The position numbers were made by a program, and so were the translations under genes. From NCBI GenBank assembly GCA_030390025.1, contig CM059431.1, forward strand, positions 124,436,001 to 124,500,000: 64,000 bases of DNA. Reading direction: 5' to 3'. The stretch's first letter is position 1. Every line of letters begins with the position of its first letter. Positions 22,967 through 35,563 of this stretch are shown piece after piece. Under the pieces are notes generated by a model, which was not told the origin of the DNA, made no database searches, and worked only from the letters and a program-made list of their open reading frames with translations. This stretch comes from Squalus acanthias. Taxonomy: Eukaryota.

Positions 22967-24688
22967 TGTAAGGGATTCCTGACCCTGCGTGTCTCGCAGC
23001 CTGTGAGATTCACGCGGCTCTGTGCAGCCTGTATGTCAGTGCGGGTCTAGGCCTGGTTGCCTGTTCTGGTCTCCAGCCAGTCTGGGAACACTAGACACAC
23101 CTGTGAGTGGTTCGAATCACTCTCCCTTACGGTTCTAGACACTGGACTTAGATGCGAGAGCAGTAATGGAGATAAAACTCATGTAGACTTGGTTTGAATG
23201 GTACGAAATGGAAAATCTTTATTGCATGATACTTAAGATTATGAAATACATGTCATAAGCACAGATTAATGACAGTACAATCTTACAAACAGTTATATAG
23301 TCGATCTTAGGGAAACGAGGAACGAACGGCACAAAGTAAATAGGGGCACACATTACAAATATCCTTAATCCTTAAACCCTCCCCTATCAATATCTATCCT
23401 AAACTAGCTTCGTAGGATCTCGAGACTCATGCTCACCACTCGTGATAACTCGGAGAAATTCCGAATAGCTGATCGGATGTTTTTCACCGCAGCACCCACG
23501 TGTCGGTCAGGAGATCTCCTGGTCCCACTTGTTTACTTGCTTCTGCTGCTCCGGCTAGTAGGCTGGACCGTCTGCTGTGATGAAGACCTGTGTTGGTTGG
23601 CTTAACAGGTACTCTTGGAGCACAGTTGTCAATATCATCGATACGATGTGTTTTCACGTTCCAATCTCCTTGGACACAGTCCCGTTATCGTCGATGCAAT
23701 ATGTTTTGTTAAAAGTTCAAAATAGAAATCTTCCTGGCGAGGAAAACTTGGCTGATCGACCTACAGGCGCGGTCGGGATTTACTGACCGTGGCGATGGAT
23801 ATGGTCTTCCTCTCTTCTCCTCTCATCTCATCTCATCTCATCTCATCTCGGGCCTTTGGTTCCGCTGCCAGTTACCAACATAGGTCTTCGTTACGCGACA
23901 CGAGGTAGATCCGAACGGATCAGAAAGTTCAACAGTCTTTTCAGAAGAGGCAACGGGCAAGCAGAAGCCCAACTACGAGTACACAGGAGCAGCCACGAGG
24001 TTACGAATCGACCGGATAAAAGCACAGGAGCAAGCGAGCGAATGCAAGAGCAAGAGAGCGAATGGACGGTTTGGAGCCTGCAATTATAGTGCAAAAATCT
24101 TCCGTTTCCCGCCCAACTATAATGTCCATTCTTTGTTTAGGGTTTGGCGCCCAAATGTCTTGTATGGGTGATCTCCGTTCTTAATGGGTTTCGGGGCTAC
24201 TCATAAATGTCTGAGTACCTGTTAATATTTCTCCCATTGTTAAATCGGTCGGTGTTCTCCCTGGAGGGGTTTGGGGCTTCCAAGTGTCCTGTATAACTAC
24301 CTGCTAACGGCTCTCTCATCGTAGAGTCGTTGGGATTTTACATATTAATGTCTTTTGGATGGGCCCTTGAGTACTCGGTACAATGGCTTTCCTTTGTACC
24401 TGGGAGACCGATTCCAGTATCTATGTTTATACTGCAAACCCATAATGTCTCGTGTATTATCTTCACTGTGCTGAATCGTTATCGATCTTGCACAAATGTT
24501 TAATGGAACGCCATCTTGTCTGCCTGTTGAAAAGTCTAGAATGTTGTGTCACGAGGTGCGGCGGCCATTTTACAGGCTGCTTGTGTCCAATTTAAACCTG
24601 CCAGCATTCTGCTGAAATAAAAGCTGTTTGAACGAAACTTTGTGTTTTCTCCTTATTAATCAAATCGCGATATATTGCGAATTCTACA
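22967..24688 (-). repeat. 5' LTR (1722 bp)
   Basis: Direct repeat of 15171-16892, followed on the minus strand by the PBS. Confidence 0.97.
24084..24114 (-). promoter_or_regulatory. Putative LTR core promoter (GC box plus TATAA)
   Basis: GGGCGGG at 24114-24108 then TATAA at 24088-24084; similar arrangement in both solo LTRs. Confidence 0.5.
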
Positions 24689-26055
24689 GGAGGACTCTCA
24701 GCAGGGGGCGCTATCCACCCAGGGTCTTCAGAGGGCAATACACCTACATTCACATGACCCAAGACCAGTGCATGAGGAGGGTGCGCTTTACCAAAGAGGT
24801 CATTACAGAGATCTGTGGCCTTGTGGAACGAAGACTCAGATGTCAAGGCACAGCCAGGACTGCATTGCCTGTGGCAGTCAAGGTCACAGTAGCACTTAAT
24901 TTTTATGCTACTGGAACCTTCCAGGCTGCCACAGGTGATAGAAGTTACATATCGCAATCCTCTGTGCTCTTATGCATAAGGGAGGTTGCTGAGACCCTAT
25001 ACACTCTGAGGAATGACTAATATCATTCCTTATTGCCAGAGAAGACCAGAGGCAGAGAGCTCTAGGGGGAGAAATTTGTGTTAGCCAGTAAAGTTGCTGG
25101 AGGTAACAGTCGCTGAAAATAGGTGCAACGCTAACAGAGCAAAATTCATCTGGGAGGATGGAGACTGTTGGCGCAGCGCTTACCTGCCATGCAACGCCAT
25201 CCTGGTGACGTTGCTGGAGGCATCCAACCCAAAGTTGGTGTGCAGGTGCGGCGTTCGAGCCTCTCACAGCCTCTGGAGGCAAGTCTGTGGAGCTCACAGG
25301 GAATTGAGGGCAATGAAGAGCCCTGAGAATTAAAGTGGCCATGCACACTGAAGCAATACAAATTAAAATGAAGTGAAACAATGCAGTTTTTACATAGGGT
25401 TGCATAGGATATACAGCACAGAAACAGGTCATTTCAGCCCTTTCTGCTTCTTTAAAAAAATATTTAACATTAAAAAGAAGTCCCAAATGTGAATATTCAG
25501 CTCGCATAAGCTAAATTCCCTTCCTAACCTCAAAAAATGGGAAAAATGCCTCAGCACGAACACAAGTGGCTCAACAAGCCAGGGACGGGGCACCCAGGGT
25601 CTCGCACGCAGCACTCCAGCTTTGTGCAGGGCGTCAACACTGCAACACAGGCCCTCTACCCGCAGGGGCCAGAGGCCCTCCAGAAAGAACGATGTGGGAT
25701 TACATTACCGAGGCTGTCACTATGTCGCCCCCACCACCTGGCTCCAGTGCCCAAAGAAGCATCATGACCTCAGACCACTAGTCAAGGTCAGTGAATGCAT
25801 TTTCAAAAGCCACCTCCTACTAACTGCACCACTAGCCTCACACACTGCTCATGCACGACCCCATATCACTCACCTACCAACAATCTGCACCAATCAGAAG
25901 GCACAGCTCCCATTCCTAGCCTTACCTTACCTCCTTCGAGGAGACTGTGCAGATCATTCTTGGCAGGAGTATGGCTGAGCCCTTGGCTAGTGGCGGGGCT
26001 GAAAGGATACAAGATGCTGGTATCCTCATATGTTACTCTCCTTCTGGCATGCACC

Positions 26056-27147
26056 TGGTTGGCAGACAGGAAGCAAAGAGTTGGAATAAATGGGTCTTTT
26101 TCCGAGTGGTAGGCAGTGACTAGTGGGGTACCGCAGGGATCGGTGCTAGGACCCCAGCTATTCAGAATATATATTAATGATCTAGACGCGGGAATTAGAT
26201 GTAATATCTCTAAGTTTGCAGATGACACAAAGCTGGGTGGGCGTGTGTGCTGTGAGGAGGGTGCAGAGAAACTCCAGTATGATTTGGACAGGTTGGGTGA
26301 TTGGGCAGATGCATGGCAGATGCAGTATAATGTGGATAAATGCGAGGTTATCCACTTTGGTGGCAAAAACAGGAAGACAGATTATCATCTGAACGGCAAT
26401 AGATTGGGAGAAGGGGAAGTGCAACGAGATCTGGGAGTCCTTGTGTACCAGTTGCTGAAGGTAAGCATGCAGGTGCAGCAGGTGGTTAAGAAGGCAAATG
26501 GTATGTTGGCCTTCATAGTGAGAGGATTCGAGTACAGGAGCAAGGATGTCTTGCTGCAGTTGTACAAGGCCTTGATGAGACCATACCTTGAGTATTGTGT
26601 GCAGTTTTGGTCGCCTTATCTTAGGAAGGATGTTCTTGCCATGGAGGGAGTGCAGCGAAGATTCACCAGGCTGATACCTGGGATGGCAGGAATGACGTAT
26701 GAAGAGAGATTGGGTCGATTAGGCTTATATTCGCTAGAGTTTAGAAGAATGAGAGGGGATCTCATTGAAACTTATAAAATTCTAACAGGACTAGATAGAC
26801 TAGATGCAGGAAGGATGTTCCCGATGGTGGGCGAGTCCAGAACCAGAGGTCACAGTCTAAGGATAAGGGGTAAGCCATTTAGGACTGAGATGAGGAGGAA
26901 TTTCTTCACCCAGAGAGTGGTGAACCTGTGGAATTCTCTACCACAGAAGGCAGTTGAGGCCAATTTATTAAATATATTTAAGAAGGAGATAGATATATTT
27001 CTTAAGGCTAAAGGGATCAAGGGATATGGGGAGAAAGCAGGGACAGGGTACTGAATTTGGATGATCAGCCATGATCTCATTAAATGGCGGAGCAGGCTCG
27101 AGGGGCCAAATGGCCTACTCCTGCTCCTATCTTCTATGCTGCTATGC
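26056..27147 (+). mobile_element. 5'-truncated CR1 LINE with an open RT C-terminal ORF (26116-27054)
   Basis: SGVPQGSVLGP, KFADDTKL, LEYCVQFWSP motifs; CTATG-type tail. Confidence 0.93.
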
Positions 27148-27809
27148 TTTCCTACCCTCCCATCACCACAACTCTACCCTTGTACCTTCCTCATTTCACA
27201 CACCCAAGAAATGCATCCTGCCCAGCCAGTGGGTGGCCAAGAAGAGGCAGAGGAGAGTAAAGAAGTAGAGAAGAAGAAGATTGATTTGGCATTCCCAGCC
27301 ACCAGCTCTTCAAGGTCAACCAGCAAAGACATTTGCAGTATCCCCCACTGAAAGTCAGCAGCCTTCCACCAGTCATGCTGCAGACACTGGGGTAGCACTG
27401 CATGACATCAGTAGGAGAAGCAAAGGCACACATAAGATAATCACTAAGGGAATGCATACGGGTGATGAGTTGATTTCTTGATGTCACATTGGATGGGTAG
27501 ACGTATATAGGTGGATTAAAAGTTAGCTTTGTGGTGGCTTTTATTTCAGCATCGTGGGCAAGAGGATGTTGTGATGGTCAGTAACAGATAAAAGGTAAGG
27601 TGTGGGACTAATGTTGAAAGGGAAATTGGGGTTTTGGTCACTGGGACCACAGGCGGATGATTCCATCCCGGATATCCCAGCCACAAAGGGATGTCTGGGA
27701 TGCATCCTTCCATCTGCTTCCTCCTCTTCTGCTTCCTCCTCTTCTGCTTCCTCCTCTTCTGTGTCTTCCTCTTCCCTCTGCGAGCGGATGCTGTAAATGT
27801 GAAATGACA

Positions 27810-27925
27810 GCATAAAATGCTGGAAATACACAGCTGGTCAGGCAACATCTCGACCTGAGACGTGAACTCTGTTTATCTCTTCACGGATGTTGCCTGACCT
27901 GCTGAGTATTTGCAGCATGTTCTTC
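27810..27925. mobile_element. Degenerate Penelope-type terminal inverted fragment
   Basis: Similar to the inverted repeat at 51987-52169. Confidence 0.55.
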
Positions 27926-28546
27926 TTCGCAAAGGCCTTCATTTACCATCTGAGCCCTTGCAAGCATCCAGCAGCACTCCCTACACACTTAAAAAACTTT
28001 TCACATCATTGCAGCAAGCCAGCACTTCAATAAAATTTAAAAAAAACAGTGCAAAACCTTAAATCCAAATTTACCTGAATGATGTGTGTGTCCCTTTAAG
28101 AGGTCCAGACATCGCCACTGTCAGCCTGCTTGCACGGCAGGTTAACCTGGCATGCTTGGGACCTAGCACTGAATTTGGCGTCTCCACCTCCCCTCCCGAT
28201 CATTGCTAACACTGCCTCCTCAAAGGGAGTGATGTCACGCAGGTGTGGTTGACCTCCTCCCGGTCAGCTCCTGCTGCCGCCTGTTAAATGCTATTTTTTC
28301 CTGGAAGAGAAAAGCGATGATTGCAAATGAGTATATTGACATGTGTATTTGTATGTGTGATGCCTCACATGTTTGAAGAGCAGTGAGATGTGCCTGAGGT
28401 TTTGAGTAGTGCCTGTGAAGGATGCAATAGTGTGGGTTGTGTGAATGTCAGTGTATAGTTAGATGGTGGATGAAGTGTATTGAGGTTGTGATGCTGGTGG
28501 TGGTGGTGGAATTATTAAGAAGTATGTTTGTGAGATGTGATCTTAC

Positions 28547-28785
28547 CTTGACCACTCGTGTCAAATCATTAAATTTCTTGCACACTGGAGCCATGTCCTG
28601 GGGCCATGGCTCCTGGCTGTGACCTCCCGGGCAATCTCCTTCCACATGCGCTGGATCAGCTGTCTCTGTGGCCTCCTTCCCCTCTGCGGGTAGAAGATAT
28701 CCCTCCTCCTCTGTACCTCCTCCACCAGGACCTCCAGTGCTCCATCAGAGAACCTGGGCGGCCTCTCTCTAGCTCCTTGAAACAT
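28547..28785 (-). pseudogene. Harbinger A Myb/SANT-like gene, exon 1
   Basis: RPPRFSDGALEVLVEEV...W..IA...CKKFNDL with a frameshift; ends at AAG|GTAAG. Confidence 0.8.
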
Positions 28786-29157
28786 CCTTCCATTCCCAGC
28801 CAGCGCACTCCACGCCTTCAGTGGAAGTGGGTGAGTGCAGGCTCCAGGAAAATGGTGTCTAATCATCGCCTGAGTACTTATCCTGCCGTTGTTGGTTTCA
28901 GCACCTGCATGTACGTTCAAATCATGTTCATCATAAATTAGCCCGAAAATTGTGTGCTAAATCCAAACTTTCAAACAGGCATTTCTTATTAGCACAGCAC
29001 CCATTTAGCGCCTGTTTTCACCATTGGCCAAAATAAGCCCCCATCCCCCCCTCCCCCCCCCACCCCGGCACTGTGGCACTACTTAAAAGAAGAGCTGAGG
29101 AGTTCTACCAGTGCCCTGACCAATAATTATCCCTCTACCAACATTACTAAAACAGTT

Positions 29158-29931
29158 TGGCCCAGAGTTTGCTGTGGGGAGCAAAGGATCGGCTCTCACA
29201 GTTCTCCTTGCGTATAGTTGCCCAGAGACTTTTTGTGGGTTTGTCAGCAGAGATTTCTAGTTTTCGGGCATCGAATCCAATGCGGCAGCCCCTACAGGAG
29301 ATCTCTGGCATCTGTAAGCTGGAAGCAGCAGGGAGGCTCTTCAACCAATCAGATTGAAGAATCCTCACTGAGACACGCAGGCTGCAAAGCAGGAAGTAAT
29401 AAATACATTTAAATTACATTTAAATCATTGTATAGGAAGCAAAATAAAGATTGGGACATACACGAGATTATGGGAGATAGATCAAAGAGAAAAACAGAAA
29501 AACTTTTAAAACAATTATTTTAATTTTTTTAAATCTGCAACATTAATTTTCTTCTGAGGGGATGAGACTCCGTATTTGTAAAGTAATTTTTTCATGGCCA
29601 GAGAGGTTGTTCAGTAATTATCACTTATTATGCCATTAAAATCTCATTTACTCCTGATTGTATAAGCCTTATCTTTTTCATCTCTCTGTAGAGCGAAAAT
29701 AACGGGTAATTAGCCTAAGTTCACGCCATTACAGTGATCTCTGTCCAGATTCCATTGGTGAAGACTGCAACAGCGCAGCCTGTGGAGGAACAGGGTATCA
29801 CTGACAGCAACTTCCAGATTTCCACATTTAACTGCACATATGCGGATGCCAGAATTTACTGTCAGTTGTACCCTGGAATATCGACGAGTGCTGACAGCAT
29901 CGCCGTTGTTAGTACAATAAAATCTAGGCCA
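29158..29931. mobile_element. Harbinger-type MITE inserted in the SINE 3' part
   Basis: Termini TGGCCCAGAGTTT...AAAATCTAGGCCA; SINE sequence resumes afterwards. Confidence 0.55.
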
Positions 29932-30949
29932 TAACCCGGTCATTATCACGTTGCTATTTGTGGGGCAACAACTTGCATTTATATAGCACCTTTAATGTAT
30001 TAAAGCGTCCCAAGGCAATTTACAGGAACATTATTAAACAATATTTGACGCCAAGCCACATAAGGAGATATTAGGACAGGTGAACAAAAGTTTGGTCAAA
30101 GAGATAGGTTTTAAAGAGTGAATTGTTAGCTAAAATTAAAGCTCATGGAATTGAAGGCAAACTATTGACCTAGTTAGGAGATTGCTTAGGCAGTAGAAGA
30201 CAGAGAGTAGGGATAATGGGTACATGCTCAAATTGGAAGGAAGTGACTAGTGGTGTCCCATAAGGATCTATGCTGGGGCCTCAACTATTCACTATATTTA
30301 TTAATGATTTAGTTCACACAATCCAAGTTTGCTGATGACACAAAGATTGGTGGTATAGTAAGTAGTGTAGACAAGAACATAAAATTGCAAAGAGACATTG
30401 ATAGATTAATGCCGCGATTTTGCCAACGCTCAGAGGGTGAGTTCAGAGGCTGGTCAGGTGTTAAATTCAAAATGATTGACGGCGGTTTGGGAACTTGCCA
30501 CAAACCCACCTCCACGCCAGTTTCCAAAGTGTCGGGTCGGCGACTTCAGAATAGACCTGACACCAAGCGGCGGGAGAGGCAATTAAGGGAGTTACCAGCT
30601 TGTTAACTCCTTGTTAACTGCTATTTTGCCAGGCTTTTTCTATTTTCACACATATTCAACGTGTTTCACGTCGTTCGGCAAACACGCCAGCTGAGTGTGT
30701 CGGGTCTTCCAACGAACTGAATAGTTCATAGCTCAAATTGCTGCATAAAACCTAACCTGTCACATCAGGTCACTTTCAAATGCCAGTAGTTGCTAATTTC
30801 ATGATTTGAAGGACACATTTGAGCTGTATTGAGGTTGTATGTGTGTGTTGTGAACTCTATGTGCACTGTCACCTCCTTGGAATAAGCTCTCTCCCCATTG
30901 ACTTACTGCTGATAACATCTCATCCTCAACTGCCATATATAATAATAGA

Positions 30950-32153
30950 ATGGGAACCATTTATACTGTCCTCCTGGTCCTCAGAATCCGAAGAGGATCA
31001 GCCGCAGCAGCAGCAGAAACAGGCACAGCAGCAGCACCAACAACAAGAGCGCCAACCTTCTCCTCAGCCGCCTGATGCTGCGCAGGGCAGAGGGCGTCAG
31101 CGCAGGGCTGCACCGTGCCGCAGGAAATACCCCCAACACAGGGTTTACAGGCCGAGGATGAGCTTCCTCAACATGACTGGGCAGCAGTGCCAAAGGAGGC
31201 TGAGACTTTCGCGAGAGGTAGTCGCAGACCTCTGCACAATGCTGGACCAACACCTGCAGCCCAGAGGAACAGGTGGACACCCCTTACCAGTGACTGTCAA
31301 AGTCACCACCGCCCTCAACTTCTTTGCGTCAGGGTCCTTCCAGGGATCAACAGCAGACATTAGCGGCATCTCCCAGTCGGCCGCCCACAGATGCATTATG
31401 CAGGTTACCGATGCCCTCTTTGACAAGTCCTCCAATTACATCCACTTTTCAACTGATGAAGCAAATGTTACCGCGCGGGTGCTAGGCTTTGTCAATCTGG
31501 CTGGCTTCCCACGGGTGCAGGGCGTCATCAACTGCACCCATGTGGCCATCAGGGCAACCCATCAGAACCCAGCGGTATTTGTCAACCGCAAGGGCTTCCA
31601 CTCCATTAATGTCCAGCATGTGTGCAAAGTACCCTGGCAGCTGCCATGACTCTTACATCCTGCGCCAGTCCACTGTGCCTCAGCTCTTCGCTCAGCCAAA
31701 TGAACTTTCCGGCTGGCTTCTTGGAGACAAGGGCTATCCCCTGAAGACGTGACTAATGATGCCGATGAGAGGCCATCAAACGAGTTTAAGGAGCGCTACA
31801 ATCAGAGCCACGTTTCTACCAGAAGTGTCATAGAGCAAACAATAGGGTTGCTCAAAATGCACTTCAGATGCCTGGACAGATCTGGTGGAGCCCTACAGTA
31901 TGCACCAGCCAGGGTCTCGAGAATTATCGCGGTCTGCTGTGCCCTGCACAACATTGCATTGCAGCAGGGATTAGTGCTGCCTGAGGAACAAGTTGCAGAG
32001 CGCACAGCCTCTTCAGAGGAGGAGGAGGAAGAGCCAAATGAGGCTGCAGATGAGGAACACCTGAAGGAGGTGGCTGACCCAATGCAACCAGCACGCGAGC
32101 ACGTTGATGCCCGGCAGGCAAGGGGTGGCCGAATCCATGGCAGATTCACTTAA
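30950..32153 (+). pseudogene. Harbinger DDE transposase (HARBI1-like), frameshifted
   Basis: [60 protein letters not shown] and CCALHN spread over three frames. Confidence 0.92.
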
Positions 32154-32449
32154 CTTTAGGCCGCACAGACATGTGGCTGCCACATGCACATGAAAGTTGG
32201 CATGACCCCACTTCCACACCATAGAACATCCCTTCAATGAACTGTGTATTCCTAGCCCTTTCACCACCATTGCTACAGATGAAAGGCACCCTTACCCCTC
32301 ATTGTGCCACTCCAATTGTGAGCACACATAGGGCAACGCATTGCAACATTCACATGACAATACTTTAATACAACAAAATAAAAGAACACAAACGTTACAT
32401 TGATTTATATGAAAACACCCAAGTGACTACCCTTGTGACTATTTTTGTG

Positions 32450-34338
32450 TTAGCTTTCTCTTACACGTGCTTCTACGTGGTGCTTCCTCTGTGGCTTCAG
32501 CAGATGCAGAGGCAGCCTGCTCACTTCCCTGCTACGCCTGCTTAGACGCCTTTGGCAGTCGTCCTTTGGGTTTTGGAGCCTGTGAGGGCCCCGCCAAAGT
32601 CTGCTCCTCCTGCGGCTGTGCAGCAGCAGACTTAGCCATCTCTGTTGGGGGAGGCACCTGGGGCTCTGACTGAGCTGTTGGCAATGGAATGGCAGTATGA
32701 GCGCTTGGAGAGGAGCCCCCACTTTCATGTCCCCTCCCACCACCATCCCTCTCATGGGCCACCCACACTTCTCTGCTTGCAAGGTGCTGGAGAGCACCTT
32801 GCTGCACATCAGTGGGGCAATGAGGACCCATGTCTATACTGACATTCCTCATAACAAGGACGTCCATGAACCTCTGCTTTCTCTCCTCGATAGATTCTCA
32901 TCTATCCTTCATACCTGACCATCTATTTAGAAGTGTTACCATGTTCGCCTGAGTCTGGGGATTTATGTCCTTCATGGAGTTGCCATCCTTTCCATGGCGG
33001 GACCTACATTTGCCAGAACCTGCACAATGTTTGAGATGGACTCCTACGTTCTCTGCATACTCGCAGTCACCATGGTTGCTAACCCAGTCAGAGCCTCCTG
33101 CACATGTTCCTGAAGCTCCAGCACCACTCTCTTTCTGGATGGCCCCCGAGGCTCAGCGTCTGCATGTAACTCAGCAAAGCTAGGAGCATCCTGCAGCCTC
33201 CGACGAGGACTCTCCACTGCTGTCCCTGTCTCCACCATCTGCTCTTGCTCACTTATAAGTTGTGAGACATCAGATGACAACACTACTCTATCCCGCGTTG
33301 GACCCACCGAGGTGTGCGTCTCTGCGCTGGTGCAGGGTGCGCTCATTTCTGCTGACGCTGCTCCCTCAGAGGCTGAAGGTTCCTTTGAGGAGTGCTCCTG
33401 CTCTTCCTCCTGGACAGTAGGGAGGGGAGCTCTTGATGGTCCTGTGGGAGAGTAAAGACATGATTTAGACATGTGATATGTAAGTTGCAGACACATCCCA
33501 TTGTGCACGTGATGAGCACTCAATTTCTATGAACATCAGATCCCATACGAGTCACTCCTGAATGCCAAATCAGATGGTTGGAAAATAATTCTGTCACCAA
33601 GTTATTCTACTGGGCCCATCTCTCCGTCCCCCAATTCAAGCTCCTCAGCACATCCAACAATGTCCTGAGCTGACTCCTCAGCACGGGTGAGCTGGCCATG
33701 GATGGTGGTCCTCCTCCTGTTCTCTCCCTCTCCCTCTTATTGCGGGATCTCTTTTCCTGCAATGAGGGACAGAAGTGCAGTTTTAGTGGGAGTGATGCAA
33801 TGAGTGTAAAGAATGGATAGGATAGATGTTTAGAGGGAGACTATGATGGAGTGAGGTGCCAATACCAAGTTCCCTCCTTGTGAGTTGTTAGTTGTTATCA
33901 TTGCATAACATTGAGAGTGAGTGTGAATGTGCATAGTAAGATGGGGATGTAATTCTGTACATAGGGAGAGAGGGATGGGTGATGGTGCAAGGGATGTTGG
34001 GGTGAGTTAGGATGTGCAGGATTGGGGTTGGTAATGCAGAGTGATGGGATGTGAAGACAGGCACAACAGAATGAAGGTAAGTGTGCTGTTTTACTCACTT
34101 TTGCTGAACGCAGAAGATCATTGAACCTCTTCCTACACTGGACCCAGGTGCGTGTAAAGATAGACCTTGCACTGACCTCCTCAGCTATTTGCAGCCAGGC
34201 TGCCTTGGTGTGCTGAGGAGGCTTCCTCCTTCCATCAGAAGGGAACAGCACCTCCTTGCATTCTCTTACTCTCTCCACAAGAACATGGAGGGAGTCATCG
34301 TCGAAACGGGGAGCAGTCTTTGTTCTAAGCGCTGTCAT
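32450..34338 (-). pseudogene. Harbinger B Myb/SANT-like gene (exons ~34338-34099, ~33756-33598, ~33441-32450)
   Basis: APRFDDDSLHVLVE...WLQIAEEV...WVQCRKRFNDL; GT-AG boundaries; stops in later exons. Confidence 0.8.
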
Positions 34339-35404
34339 GTCTGCAACCACCAGGAGCAGCAAAATGGAAGTGAGAGCCAAAGGGGACATGACGCCGTTAA
34401 ATACAGCGGCTTCAAACGCGTCATCACAGGAGATCAGCAGACCTGCACCCACTGATTGGGCCGGGTAATGAGCACAGCATGCTTAATAAGCCCAATCTAG
34501 GCAAAATTGTTAGCGCAGAGCGGCTGGAACCGAGAGCAGGACCAGGACCCGCCAAACAGCTAATCGCTGCGAACCCGCCTCCAGGCGGAAATTCCAGCCC
34601 TAAGTGAGTGGGCAAAACTGTGGCAGATGGATTTCAATGCAAGTAAATGTGAGTCCATCCATTTTGGATTAAAAAAGACTAGATCCAAGATTTGTTTAAA
34701 TGGTGAAAGGCTAGGAACAGTGGCGGTCCAAAGAGATTTCGGGACCCATGAACATAGATCACTAAAATGTAGTGTCAGGTACATAAAATTATCAAAAAGT
34801 TTAATAGAACGTTAGCTTTTATATCTAGAGGGCTAGGATATAAAGGGGAAGAAGTTTTGCTACAGCTATACAAAGCCTGAGTTAGACCACACCTGGAGTA
34901 CTGTGCACAGTTCTGGGCACCATACCTTAGAAAGGATATATTGGCCTTGGATGGAGTGGAGGGTGCCAGGGTTAACATTTGAGGAGAGATTACAGATTGT
35001 ATTCACTGGTATATAGAAGCTTAAGGGGTGATTTGATTGAGGTTTAAGAATTTTGAAAGGAATTGATAGGGTAGATAGAGAAAAAAATTTCCACTGGTCG
35101 AGGATTCCTGGTCAAGGGGACATAACCTTAAAATTAGAGCCAGGCCATTCAGGAGAGAAGTTAAGAACACTTCATCACGCAAAGGGTGGTAACAGTGTGG
35201 AACTTCCTTGCACAAAAAGCAGTAGATGCTTGCTCAATTAATAATTTTAAATCTGAGATCGATAGATTTTTGTTGTCAAGGGTATAAAAGTATATGAAGC
35301 CAAGGCAGGTGGATAGAGTTAAGATACAGATCAGCCATGATCTCATTGAATGGCTGAACAAGCTCGAGGGGATGAATGGCCTACTCCTGTTCCTGTGTTC
35401 CTAT

Positions 35405-35563
35405 GGAATTCCAGAGCTTAGGGCTTAGGCAGCTGAAGGCATGGCCGCCAATGGTGGAGCGATGAAAATCGGGGATGTGCAAGAGGCCAGAATTGGAGAA
35501 GTGCAGAGAACTCGGAGGGTTGTAGGGCTGCAGAGATAGGGAGGGGCGAGGCCATGGAGGGAC
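35405..35563 (-). mobile_element. L2 LINE fragment
   Basis: Translation STIGGHAFSCLSPKLWNS matches the L2 at 40747-41121. Confidence 0.75.

Larger units (their letters stand above)
15171..24688 (-). mobile_element. Endogenous retrovirus-like LTR element, gag-ORFX-env, lacking pol
   Basis: Paired TG...CA LTRs, 4-bp TSD GGAG (15167-15170 and 24689-24692), PBS, PPT, gag with CCHC knuckle, env with furin site and TM helix. Confidence 0.95.
15058..25060 (+). pseudogene. Harbinger transposase N-terminal part, split by the LTR element (15058-15170 joined to 24693-25060)
   Basis: Removing 15171-24692 restores the frame GERDRRAR-RTLSRGRYPPRVFR...LPVAVKVTVALNFYATGTFQ, homologous to the transposase at 30.9-32.1 kb; stop at 25018-25020. 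Confidence 0.85.
14500..29042 (+). mobile_element. PIF/Harbinger transposon A, host of nested insertions
   Basis: TIRs GGGGGCGATTTTGGCCGAAT and ATTGGCCAAAATAAGCCCCC; transposase remnant on + and Myb/SANT gene on - in convergent layout. Confidence 0.75.
30410..34600 (+). mobile_element. Near full-length PIF/Harbinger transposon B
   Basis: TAA TSD (30407-30409 and 34601-34603); imperfect TIRs; convergent transposase and Myb/SANT genes. Confidence 0.9.
30121..35404 (+). mobile_element. Degraded CR1 LINE split by Harbinger B (30121-30409 and 34601-35404)
   Basis: KFADDTKIGG and LQRDIDRL continue into SEWAKLWQMDFN after 34600. Confidence 0.85.

Noticed and set aside
22963..23013. First 17 aa of the 455-aa gag ORF call
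   Set aside because: Non-ATG start lying mostly inside the LTR; ATG 22962 has a strong context
30950..34338. Host HARBI1/NAIF1-type domesticated genes
   Set aside because: Frameshifts, flanking TIRs, a TAA TSD and multiple copies indicate transposon genes
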